NCBI GenBank assembly: GCA_907165135.1
Contig: OU015567.1
Coordinates: 1,612,001 to 1,676,000, forward strand
Length of the DNA stretch: 64,000 nt
Origin: Oikopleura dioica
Lineage: Eukaryota > Animalia > Chordata
Reading direction: 5' to 3'
Shown: positions 26,301-37,080 of the stretch, piece by piece
How the letters are laid out: every line of letters starts with the position of its first letter
Numbering within the stretch: position 1 is the first letter of the stretch
Made by a program: the position numbers and the translations under genes
The notes under the pieces: model-generated
Databases searched by the model: none
The model's input: only the letters and a program-made list of their open reading frames with translations
What the model was told of the DNA's origin: nothing

Positions 26301-28047
26301 AAGAAAACATGAACAACCTTTCCATCGAATACTCCGCTTTCGAAAAGATGATCACGAAGAATAAGAGACGTTCTAGCTCGCCTATCCCCTCCCGCATTCG
26401 CCTCAGTTCTCCCCAGCCCCGATTCAACGCTCCTTTGGCCGTCCGAGTCCACTCCGTTGCCCCTCAAAAGAGATCTGCTGTACAGAAGATCCTGAAGACT
26501 ATTCGCAAGAAGATCCTGATCAAGCGAAAAGAGTCCGCTGCAAGCATCGAGTTTTCCTACGCCCAGCGATCGCTCAACGGTTCCGAGCTGCGAGAAAGAA
26601 TTGAACAAACTCGCAACGAACGACTGGAGCTTCAACGAAAACTCGCCTCGATGGAGAGTAAAGCGAAATCGAGAGTTCAAGCTCCACGACGAACAGAGTC
26701 GATTAAAGAAGCGATGAAGCAGAAAGTACTGATCCAGAAACGTCTCAAAAGAAGATCTCAAGAAGCGACTCAGAATTACCATGTTTCTGCTACTATTAAA
26801 CTGAACGCTTGAAAAATACCCATTCTGTAAAATGAATAAACTGTAAATATCTCAAAATTTTAATATCTCTTCCTTAAACTATCTCTAAAATCAGAAGCAA
26901 AAAGCATGTTTGAAGCCTTACCATTTTCACTTTCTTGCATAAATTCGATCAGTTTCTGCACAAGCTGGTCGAAATCCAATTCTAGAGTTCCCTCTTCTTC
27001 CATTCCAGCGACAGTTTCCGCGATGCCCGGGTTTTCTTTCAATAGTTATTCAAAAAGAACCAGGATGCGTTAATACTCCCAGAGAGCCAGAAAATGGCAA
27101 TATTCATTCTTCAACGAAAATTAATGAATAACTTTTCCTTCGCCAGCTTTTCTCATGACTTCCATGCTCGGCTCTGACCTTTCAATCAGATCCTCAAAGA
27201 TCAGCTTTACAATTTTCTGCCGAAACGGTCCAATTTTCGTCTGAGCAGCGACCTTCGCCCAGCAGAAGATCAATTCGTGCGCGATTTCTGTCGGCATTGG
27301 CCCCTTCTCAGCCTTTGTTCCGCCGATTTTGATGAGTTCTTCTGTCCATATGTCGACGAAATGATAACGTAGGCCTAGGGGACAAGACGACTTTCCAACT
27401 GGTTGATGGAACTGTAGAGGGCCGGCGGAAAGGACGCCGATGAACCACTGTACTTCTCCGATTTTCCAAGAGTTGTTCGCCAAAGTTTCAAGGGAGAAAC
27501 GGAGGAGGAGGCGGACGAGAAGCATGAATTTTGACATTCTGAGGCGGTCGATCCCCGTCCATTCTCGGTTGATGATTTCGAGCGCGCTAGAATAAAGAAA
27601 TATGGATTGCCCAAAATAGAGAAGCCGCTTGCGGCTTCGAGACACAAAAATGAAGCCGCACTACGCGGAGCATTCTCGAGTTTAGCAATCTAGAGTTAGA
27701 AGCAAAGAGATGTACCCTTGGATGAAGTTCCACTTGCTCTTGTCATTGTCCAGCATGAAGATGATCTTCGCCATTCTTTCCGCCAGTTGCTCCTGAACTT
27801 CCAGACCGTCGGAATGCCACATCATGAAAAACATTCCTTTCCAAGCGCAGAGAGCTTCTGTTCGGGACAAAACTGTAGATCTGGAAAAAGAGGGTTAGGA
27901 AAGAGAGAAGGAAGAAGGAAGTGCTTACTTTTGAAAGACATTTTTTAAATATTTGAAGGCTCTTTCTCGTTCAGGAAGAGTGTTGGCAGCGAGATTTCTA
28001 GCGATTGTTACGTAATCGGGCTTTGTTTCTTCGATTTCGACTACCAT
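23353..28047 (-). CDS. RRP1: Ribosomal RNA processing protein 1 (Nop52/RRP1 family) with long charged C-terminus
   Basis: IARNLAAN..ERERA, WKGMFFMMWHSD, EWTGIDRLRMSKFMLLVR, LELDFDQL. Continues over intron 25065-26921 into VNKKQQKAMNRVLQRLKSVAEGECP; stop 23353-23355. Confidence 0.85.
26243..26250 (+). promoter_or_regulatory. TATA box of the nested gene
   Basis: TATATAAA about 60 nt upstream of ATG 26309. Confidence 0.6.
26309..26812 (+). CDS. Intronless basic orphan protein (167 aa) nested antisense in an RRP1 intron
   Basis: Clean ATG-to-stop ORF, TATATAAA at 26243-26250, AATAAA at 26835-26840. Confidence 0.75.
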   Translation: MNNLSIEYSAFEKMITKNKRRSSSPIPSRIRLSSPQPRFNAPLAVRVHSVAPQKRSAVQKILKTIRKKILIKRKESAASIEFSYAQRSLNGSELRERIEQTRNERLELQRKLASMESKAKSRVQAPRRTESIKEAMKQKVLIQKRLKRRSQEATQNYHVSATIKLNA

Positions 28048-28775
28048 TTCGACCTTGATCTTAATATATAAATGCAAATATTTCAAGTGTAGCTTCGAAG
28101 ACTTATTAATTTTTGCAAAACATCTAAATATAAATTTCAGCAAATTTTTTGGTCCAGGCCTCTATGATTTTTCTGCGTTCATTTTATTCGTGAAATAATC
28201 TTCAATGATGTATCAGACAACAGACCCCATTTGGGAAACATGGAGAAACCATTTTGCTTCATTTTCAAGATTCACTCATTCTCTCTCTTGTGGGAAAATT
28301 GCCAATCGAGGTGGCCAATTGGCTTCGCGCGCGGTAAATTTAGAAACGAAACGAAAAATTACCATTTTCCATTAAAAATGAATGAGAAGTGAAGAATAAT
28401 AAAATGAAGAAGCTGAAAGAAAATTAATACTTTTAGTCCATCTAAAACCAGAATCTTGCGAAATTTACACTAAGAAAATATGCAAAATTACTATTTTGGC
28501 ATAATTCATGTCCTCCCTCTTCAGAAAAAAAAACATATAAAATGATCATAATACTTATCATGATGCTTCGAAGGGAAGTTCATCTTTTCCGTTAAAAATT
28601 TTTAAATAAAATATGAGTAACTGTTGTTAAAATGCTTTTCTTAAAAAAGAATGAGAGAAAAGTTTCCTGTTCTATCTTAAGTTTCTTTTCTCAAACATTA
28701 TGTTTGAAACATACAATTAATGAACTTTTGATTAAAATAATTGTTAGACAGAAATTAATATTTTTGCTTTTTAGA
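28048..28775. promoter_or_regulatory. Putative bidirectional promoter region between the RRP1 and POLD2 clusters
   Basis: Head-to-head genes about 730 bp apart; CCAAT motifs near 28302 and 28315. Confidence 0.45.
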
Positions 28776-30483
28776 ATGGTGTTAAACTTGATAAATCGTG
28801 GCACAGAAGATATCTCAGATTCCGCTGAAATCAATAAAGATCTAAAAATCAAGTTCGAAGACAGCGAAATTGACTGGGAAACGCATCCGGAAGTGGAATA
28901 CGGGGACGATGACAAAAATCAATTGCAGTACTACAAGGTATTTTTTCTCCTCGATTCATAGTTTGACGATTCCTCTAGATATACCAATCACGTGTGAATC
29001 GACTTCGATCGCGTCTGGAAGAAGCAGTGGAGGAAAAGTTCCCAGATACTTATTCAAAGAAACTTTATCAAATGCGAATCGACGAAAAAGCCGTCGTTTA
29101 TGGGATATTCATCAAGACAATCGCCAATCAGCCTCAAGTTTTGGACGAATACGATGAAGACAGAGGTAGGAGATGCTCCTTCTACATCGTTTTCATCCTT
29201 TCTTGTAGTGCCCTATGAGGGAGATAATTTTCTATCCGAAAACGACATATTGGGCTTTGAAGATGAGTCGCAACGAATCGAGTGCTCTGGAATCACGGCG
29301 GAAAAGATCAAAAGCATTTTGACAGGAGAAGTCGTCGCGCTCTACGGAAGAGTCATCGAAACAGGCACTTTTGAGATCGAAGACTGGGTCAGGAAAGGGT
29401 TCAAAAAAGCTCTTTTTTGTGGATATATCAGAGCAATATTTTAACCAAATCAAAGTCCTGTTCCGGCGCCACCATCTAGTAAAGCTTGCACAGAAACTGT
29501 TGTTGGAATCGTTGGAGATATGAGCATTGGAAATCCAAACACAACTAGGTACTCTACCTTCACTAGCCCTTTTTGTTATTTTTAGCTCTCTTGAATATGA
29601 GTTGATGAGCAATTTCTTCACAGGAATCGCGGGCGAAGAGAATGAGCAAAAAGCAAAAGCGAAAATTTCAAGAGTGCAAATTTCCGGACTCATGTACCAG
29701 GCGGACAAGTATTTGAGGGACCGAAAGTCGTGGAAGATGAAAGGAACGGGTCCTGATTCTTACTTTTTTGAGTCAGAAATTCTGAAAGCATCTTTTGATG
29801 CAGTTTGGGATCCCTCGAATAGCTGGAGATCAGGCGTCGAGAATGAAACTGGCCGATAAATTCATCTCTTCAATTGCTAAAAACATGTCCGTCGACATTA
29901 TCACCGGCGAGGGTGATGCTGGTTCTCTCCATGTTCCTACTGCTGCTCTTCATCCCCTGCTTTTCCCAAACGTTGGTTCTTCTCTTCTCTTTGAAAAGGA
30001 CTCACACTTTGTTTATAGGCTCGCCACGGTGGTCTCAAATGTTTTCCCTCGCCGATTCAGTACAATGTCAACGGAACTTCCATCCTTCATATTTCCAACA
30101 AAGTCATGGACAAGCTGTTCGAATACGGCAACTTTGGGAACACGATTGAGGCGATGAAGAAGCTGCTGACTTGTTCTCATGCTTGTCCGATCGCTCCTGA
30201 TGTCATTCCACTCGCGCCTTTTCAAGGTGTCGATCCGTTTACGATCATGACTGCTCCAGGTACAGTCTCTATCTTGAGCGAATAGTTAATAGGGGTTGTA
30301 GATATTGTCTGGTGCGTCGGAGACGATTTTTACCAAGAAGAATTCAAATATGGAAAGATGACTGTTCTCCTAATTCAAGTTCCCCGTTTTAAATTGACGA
30401 AACAAGCGATTTTAGTCAAAACAAAACCATCGTTGACAGAAAATCCGACGGTTCAACAAGTTCACTTTGGCATCAATTTGTAA
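28776..30483 (+). CDS. POLD2: DNA polymerase delta subunit 2 (p50)
   Basis: QYYKIYQSR, VVYGIFIK, LGFEDESQRI, TGEVVALYG, VDIITGEGD..PTAALHPLLFP, HACPIAPD..DPF. Confidence 0.9.
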
Positions 30484-30600
30484 AAAGAGCACTTTTCAAT
30501 TCACGCACGTTATTTTCAAAACACTGCACTTATTTTTCACTGCCTCACTTATAGGAAATAAAAGTTTGCTGAAGATTATTCAAATTGGATTTTTGAAGAA

Positions 30601-31661
30601 ATGAGATTCGGACTTGCAAAAAAGTTGCCGTTTTCAGCGACGCATTGCGCTCAGTTGGTAAAAAAAGCGGAGTGGGAAAATTTTATGAAAAGGGTCAAAA
30701 AATATAACAAAACTTTACTTTCACTATAAAAAAGTTCAAATTGATATCGTTCGAACGAAAATTTGACCCTTTTATGAAGTTGTATTTCGAGCGTTTCGGA
30801 CATCGAAAAACGCAGAAGTCTCTTCGCTCTTCGAGCTTTTAACATCGCGATTCTTACTTCGATTGAAAAAGTCTCTCAACCGGCGTTTGCTCAAGCTAGA
30901 ATCACGTTTTTGAAAACGGGCTTGGCGGATATCTACGCGAAAGATAAGGCTCACGCTGAGCATCCGATCTTGGATGAGTTAAATTTTGCTGTTGAGAAGC
31001 ATAAATATCCAAAAGGTGAGTCTATCAATGAAAATAACATTCGTTTCTCTAATAAATTTCTAGCTTGGCTCCAGCGACTAATTTCCGAGCGGCTAAAGGA
31101 CGACCGTCTAACAAAACAGCCTTTTGAAACCCTAAAAGACTTCGAAAAATACCACGAATCGACGACCGGTTCTTTATGGCTCCTCTCCCTCATGTCCGCC
31201 AATGTCAAAGATGTCAATGTCGATGTGGCGGCTAAACACGCGGCTAGATGTATAGCTCTGGCGAATATTTTGAGAGCTCAAGCGATTATGAAAACGAGGG
31301 AGATTTTGATCCCTCTTGAGTTTATTGCCGCACATAAAGTGGATATGAGAAGATTAGTAGAAAAGAAAAATGATGAGAAAATGGAAGAGATGATTTTTGA
31401 CATCGCTACCGTGGCTCATGCTAATCTGACGAAAGTTCAGTCCCTCAGGTACGCTTTCTAAGCCTTTCGAGGATAATTCTTTTATTCAGGAGCAAAATTC
31501 CAGCGCCAGCGCACGATATCTTCAGACAACTAACTGGAGCTGAAAATTACCTGAAAAACTTGGAAGCAAAAAATTTCAACCTCTTTGATCCATCTTTGTC
31601 TGTTAGAAACGACTTTCTAGCGCTTCAACTTTTGAAAAAGAAGATGAAGCGGCAGTTTTAA
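30601..31661 (+). CDS. NDUFAF6: Complex I assembly factor 6 (squalene/phytoene synthase fold)
   Basis: HCAQLVKK, LRAFNI, HPILDEL, WLQRLISER, FETLKDFEKY, IFDIATVAHANL, NFNLFDPSL. Confidence 0.88.
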
Positions 31662-31715
31662 TTCTACTTCAAGTTTGCTTTCAAAAATTGAGAATTTTAT
31701 TTTTAGAATAGATAG

Positions 31716-34700
31716 ATGGGGCTGGTAGAGTTAGCCGTGGAAGGGAGCGGCAAAAAAGGAGCCAGGATTAATATGGGTGAGTTTTGGAAATTCTGAATTA
31801 AATTTCAATTGACTCTGACTCAATTAAATTTGAAGAGGCTCTTCTCCGGCACGATCTGGATCCGCAACCGCCGCCTCAACAATCATCTGGAATGGCAAAG
31901 AAAAAAGTAATTCAGATTTTTTGTCCGCACTCGTCTTGCACGAGCATATTGCCATATGAGCTTATACAGGAAACTATCTAACAAAAATTCTTCGTATCAA
32001 ACTTTTTTCTAATGCATGTTTTTAGGCAAGAGATCGAGAGACAGTAAGAAGTCGACAGAACAGGGTTCAAGTTCCGAAGCCTAGTCGAAAGGTAGGTTGT
32101 TTATCTCTTGAATCATTTTTCTCAAAGACTCTTTTTTAGACGCCCTTGCTCAAGAAAAATGAAGAGTTGCTCGCGACTTCGTCGACTAACCCAGCGCCGA
32201 AAGGGCCCGTTGTTGCTCCACCAGCAAAGCGCTCGACCAAGTACCAGCCTCCAAAAAACAGCGTCCCGAAAACGCAATCATCGAAAACTCTCTCTAATTC
32301 CAGCTCTCTAAAAACCCTCACCAGCACTACCTCCGCCGTGTCCAACGTTTCAAACTCTCAAAATACTCATCCAGGGATTCCAAAGTTTAAAAATACGAAA
32401 ACCGTTGTCAAGGGAAAACGACCTCCAGAAGTCAAAACGTCTTCCTCAACGAACGAGCAGAAATATGTGACGATTTCGGAGTCCCAACTTACGCAAATTC
32501 TCAATCTCGTCTCTCAAGGAATTCAAGTTCAGCAGAACTCCCTTCAAAATCTCCCTCAACAAGCTTTTCCCCAACCAGCTCCACAGCAGCCCCAACCTTC
32601 AGCCGTCCCAGTTGCACAACCTACAGAAAAACTTGCTGCTCAAACTACAGTTGCTCCAGATCCTTCAGTTCCACTAGAGCCAGAAAAAGAACCAGCGATC
32701 GTAACACGAGATGAGCTTTTGGAAACTACTCAGAAAGCAGTTCCTCTTGCGATGAAATCGAGCTTCCTCCCTTACGAAGCGATCCCAAGAGGCGATGTCG
32801 TCGACAAAGAAAGACGAGAGCAACAGCTTGCCTGGAGGCGAGAGCTAGAAAAGCAACGAGACGAGGATGTTATCCGAAAGAAGAAGGAAAAGGAAGAATA
32901 CGAAAAACACAAGAAAATCGACCATCATTTAGACCAAAAAGCGCAGTCCGAATACAAATCGTCGATAAAAATTATTCACGCTTCAGTTCCCGACTCAGTT
33001 GCCACTGGAAGTGCGGAGAATGGTACCGGTATTTCACCGAGAATGGGTGGCACTCAACCGCTCTCAATGCAGAGTAGCTTTCATCCTTCAGCAAATGTGT
33101 CAAATGTGGAAAGTTTGGATCAACAGAGGAAGGATCAGCAGCTCGCATGGCGGAGAGAACTTGAAAAACAGAGGGATGAGGATCTAGCACGAAAGAAAGA
33201 AGCAAAAGAAAGAGACCAAAAACTCAAGCTGATCGATCATCACCTTCATCAACCAGACCAGAATTATCAAAAACCATCGATAAAGCTCATCCAAGACAAT
33301 CCAAATCATCAAGGTAAAAAGATTAGTGCTTATAGATGGAACCAGTAGTTCAATTTTTATGCTATCACTAGATCATATTTCTTCGCTTGGAAGCTTTCAA
33401 TCAGCGGTAGATCAGTTGCATGGAACGCATGTCGGGGACACCGGTCATCATAGAAATATGAATGCGCTGAAAGATCCTGCAGGTAAGAATTTTTGGCGTT
33501 TTTCCTTGTTCGTTCGAATTTTCCGATGGTAAACCGGGTTTATAGAGCTCGAAAGATTAGAAAAACTGCGCAAGCAGCATGCAGAAACAGAAAGAGATCT
33601 TCAACTCCAAATTGAAGAAAAGAAACGAGCCAGGCAATCGGCTCGTGGGAACGATGATGATGGCGAGCCCTGGTGGGTGAAGCAAGATCGAAAGATCGCT
33701 AATGCAAACCGACGAAATCAGGCCCAACCAGCTCCTCAAATGCCTGATCGGCCGATTCACACTCACCAAGCACATCCGCCGAAGCAAGCCGAGCTTACAG
33801 TCGACGTTCTCCACAGCAAATTCGACACGGATACCACGACGACTCAATTGAAAGGAGAACCAATGGTCGCTCCACTGAAGCTAGAAGATCTTCTTGAGAA
33901 CTCAAGGCGATCTCCGTCTCCTCAAAGAAATCCACAAACAGCAAAGAAATCAGCGGAAGCAAAGCAGAAAACACTCCTAGAGCAGGGTTCAAAATCACCT
34001 AGTTTTTAGGTGAGGTGAGGTGAGGTGATGATTACAAAAAAGGTGCACCTTTAGGTGCACCTAAAAAAGTCCCAAATCTCGAAAATTTTAGGTGAGGTGG
34101 GTGAGGTGATAGATTGGAAAAAGGTGCACCTTTTAGGTGCACCTAAAAAAGCGAATTTTTGAAAAATTTTAGGTGAGGTGGGTGAGGTGATATTCTGAAA
34201 AAGGGTGCACCTTTTAGGTGCACCTAAAAAGAGGGATTTTGGCAGTTTTTTAGGTGAGGTGGGTGAAATTTAGGTGATAATTGATCAAGTGTGGGCACGG
34301 ATTTTGCTCCTGACTTCGATTTCGAGTCCTTTGAAATTCCTCGCAAATTTCTTCCGGGTAATCCGCAGATTTTTCTACGAGTCTGTGCGCGAGTAAATCG
34401 AGTAAATGGGTAAAGGATAATCGCGAGCTACTCGCGAAAATTTCGCCTAGAAAGAATAAAATTAGCTCGTCTGATTGCCTCGAGAAAAAGGGTTGCGGGT
34501 AATCGCGAGCTACTCGGCGGAAAGGATAAAACTAGTAGGGCGGGTAGCCCGTGAAAAGACTCTCCGCGCGAGTAACCCGTAATATGGTGCCCGAATGAAA
34601 GCTCAGCTTCTGAGCTTTTCTAAAACTGTGTCACATGACCCCTAAACTAAGCTAGAAAAATGGACCGAATTTTCATCTTATAAGCCTACTGATATTACCA

Positions 34701-35508
34701 AAGGACTCGAAATCAACAGTCAAGTTTGAATTTCAAACTTTAGAAGAACTCACCGAGAAAAAAGGTGCACCTAAAATCAAAACATTCCTAGGTGAGGTGA
34801 GGTGAGGTGATGATTTCAAAAAAGGTGCACCTTTTAGGTGCACCTAAAAAAGCATAAATCTGAAAAATTTTAGGTGAGGTGGGTGAGGTGACAATTTGCA
34901 CCTCACCTAAATTGAACAAGGTGCACCTTTAGGTGAGGTGATTTTGAACCCTGTCCTAGAGGAGCAAGTTCCGACAGATATTGAATTAAAAGCCCAGGAA
35001 AGAAATTTAGCGAAGAAAAAGAGGCAGATGGCGCTCTTAGAGGAGCAACTAAAGGTTTGCTTGGTATCTGTTCCAACCGACAGTGTTCATTATGTTTTTA
35101 TAGGTTGAAGAAAGAATACGAACGATGCGAATTCAAAAAGAAGCTGATAAGACAGCAAGAACAAATCGAGATCAAAAGGAACGATTTTAAGTTTTCTTGA
35201 CGCCCTTTGCTCTAGAATTTTCTAGAGCTCCCTCATTTAGAAATTATTCTTTGTTCGAAATCGTCTAAAAGCCATCAACTTCCCGCGAAAAACCAAAAAA
35301 TCCAACCGTCCCTTCAACTGTCCGTTCAAAACATTCCAAGCAAAACCTAACACAGAAGAAAACAGCCAGAAAAGAACCCGCTAAAGACGACTCTCACAAA
35401 TCAATGAACATTTCCTTCAATCAAAACGACACTGCAACGCTTCTCGAGCAGCTCACTTTACTGGAATCCGCGCTCAAGCATCGGCAGCACAAATTGTTGA
35501 CCAAATAA
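31716..35508 (+). CDS. CCDC66-like centrosomal/ciliary coiled-coil protein; one exon interrupted by a hAT MITE
   Basis: Two QQLAWRRELEKQ repeats, LKDPA|ELERLEKLRKQH..LQIEEKKR, C-terminal LLEQLTLLESALKHRQHKL. Confidence 0.65.
33983..34953. mobile_element. hAT-type MITE (971 bp) with 8-bp TSD, inserted in coding sequence
   Basis: TIR CAGGGTTCAAAATCACCT; TSD TCCTAGAG at 33975-33982 and 34954-34961; subterminal AGGTG and GGTGCACC arrays. Confidence 0.92.
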
Positions 35509-35799
35509 GATGGCAAAAATCAACGAATCAATTAAGCGGAGCACTACCTGTACTAAAACAAAACTTTACTACCTTTTTCATTCTATCACTTTTTTATTTC
35601 AAATCTATTTTTCCAGTTCAAAAATTTTGAGAAAAAATTTAAGTCATTTTTCTTAATTTTTCTCGTGTTGAATTTATGCAGGAAATAAGCATTCCATCAT
35701 TTAATCTAGATCGGTAGCTATCGAAAAACTACGGCATCAGGGTCATATTTTGCCGTTGCATTATGAATATTATCAAAACAATCGCATGTTCAACCCTAA

Positions 35800-36660
35800 C
35801 AGGAACAAGGAAAAGGAGAAGCCACTGCACAAAGCACGAAAAGACATTTTCCGAGATTAACTTTTTCTTCAAGGAGCTTGATTTCCAAAGCCCATTTTTC
35901 AATTCTGAAAAAAGATGCTCAGGCGACGTTCAAAAATGACGATTTTCTGATCATCGAGCAATCAGAATTGCCAATTGCAGTTTCGCTTATATGCTCTTTT
36001 TGAACGAAAATATAAGCTTATTGAGAAGAGATCGAAAGGGAGACTCGACGAGTTTTCGGAAAGGGACGATTGTTTTGACTGATGCCGAAGTCCGATCGAA
36101 ATTCAGGTTAAAAGTAGCTTGTGTAAAGGACTAACAGTTTTTTAGTACCAAAAGACCAAGACGACGATTTTATGATTGGGATCAACGGAATTTTTCTAAG
36201 GGCCCAAACACCCTTTATTTATAGAGCCTTTCAAAGATCGATCCGTTCTTACGACCTTCGATTTGCTCGATTCTCATTTGTTTATCCATCGAATTCATCC
36301 TTTTTCTTATATTGTCTGATCAAAGTAAATATCTTTCAAGTCTAAAGTGGCTTTATAAAAATATAGATCCATCAGCATTGCTCTTATTTTGGGCGGCGCA
36401 CACAGCTTTCTTCATCTCGATGATTTGGTTTTTACTCAGCAATATCGGTAGGCAAACATAAGTAGTCAATCCTAAAACGTAAAAAATATAGATCGATATA
36501 AAGTCAAAAAAGCTGTGAAGCAAAGAATCAACTACAGACAGACATTATTCCGTCACATCGCCCTCACAACTCTTATTTCACCTCAGGAAAGTCTCCTCAA
36601 AGTCTACTCGCTTATTCGAAGCTTCATTTTGGAGGATCAAAAAGATCGAACACGTGAGAT
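35800..36660 (+). CDS. Possible multi-exon orphan gene
   Basis: Stop-free exon-like stretch EQGKGEATAQ...VRSKFR (about 35802-36106) flanked by ag/gt; further pieces to about 36657. Confidence 0.3.
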
Positions 36661-37080
36661 TTCGTCGTTCAAGTTTTCCAATCCTCTCTCATGGCGAATG
36701 CATTCAAGATAGTTTGACGACCATCAATGAAAAAGCTGAAGAAAAATCACCGAAACCTCTTTGTGTAACGATTTCAAAATGTTGCGAGATAGAACCGAAA
36801 CTTCCGATGTAAAATCAAATCCTACTGTAATAAAAATTTGGATTCGGGGGAACCCAAAACTGTCGCTTATCAACGTCTCTAGAAAGCGCAATTACTTCCG
36901 AACGCACAAGTATTCGGCTAATCTAAATCGCGTTTCATTTATCACTGTTTTGAGTGTACTCGGTACCGCAAGATTTTGCTTTGTAAATCTGCTTATCTTC
37001 TCCCTTATAAAACCGCTCCCTTTCACTTTCATTTCATTATTTTGGCGAAGCAGAAAAAAAAGTAGAGACGCACGCAAAAA

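Noticed and set aside
26297-26782. 161-aa minus-strand ORF as an RRP1 exon
   Set aside because: Shadow of the plus-strand gene; RRP1 homology joins directly across 25065-26921.
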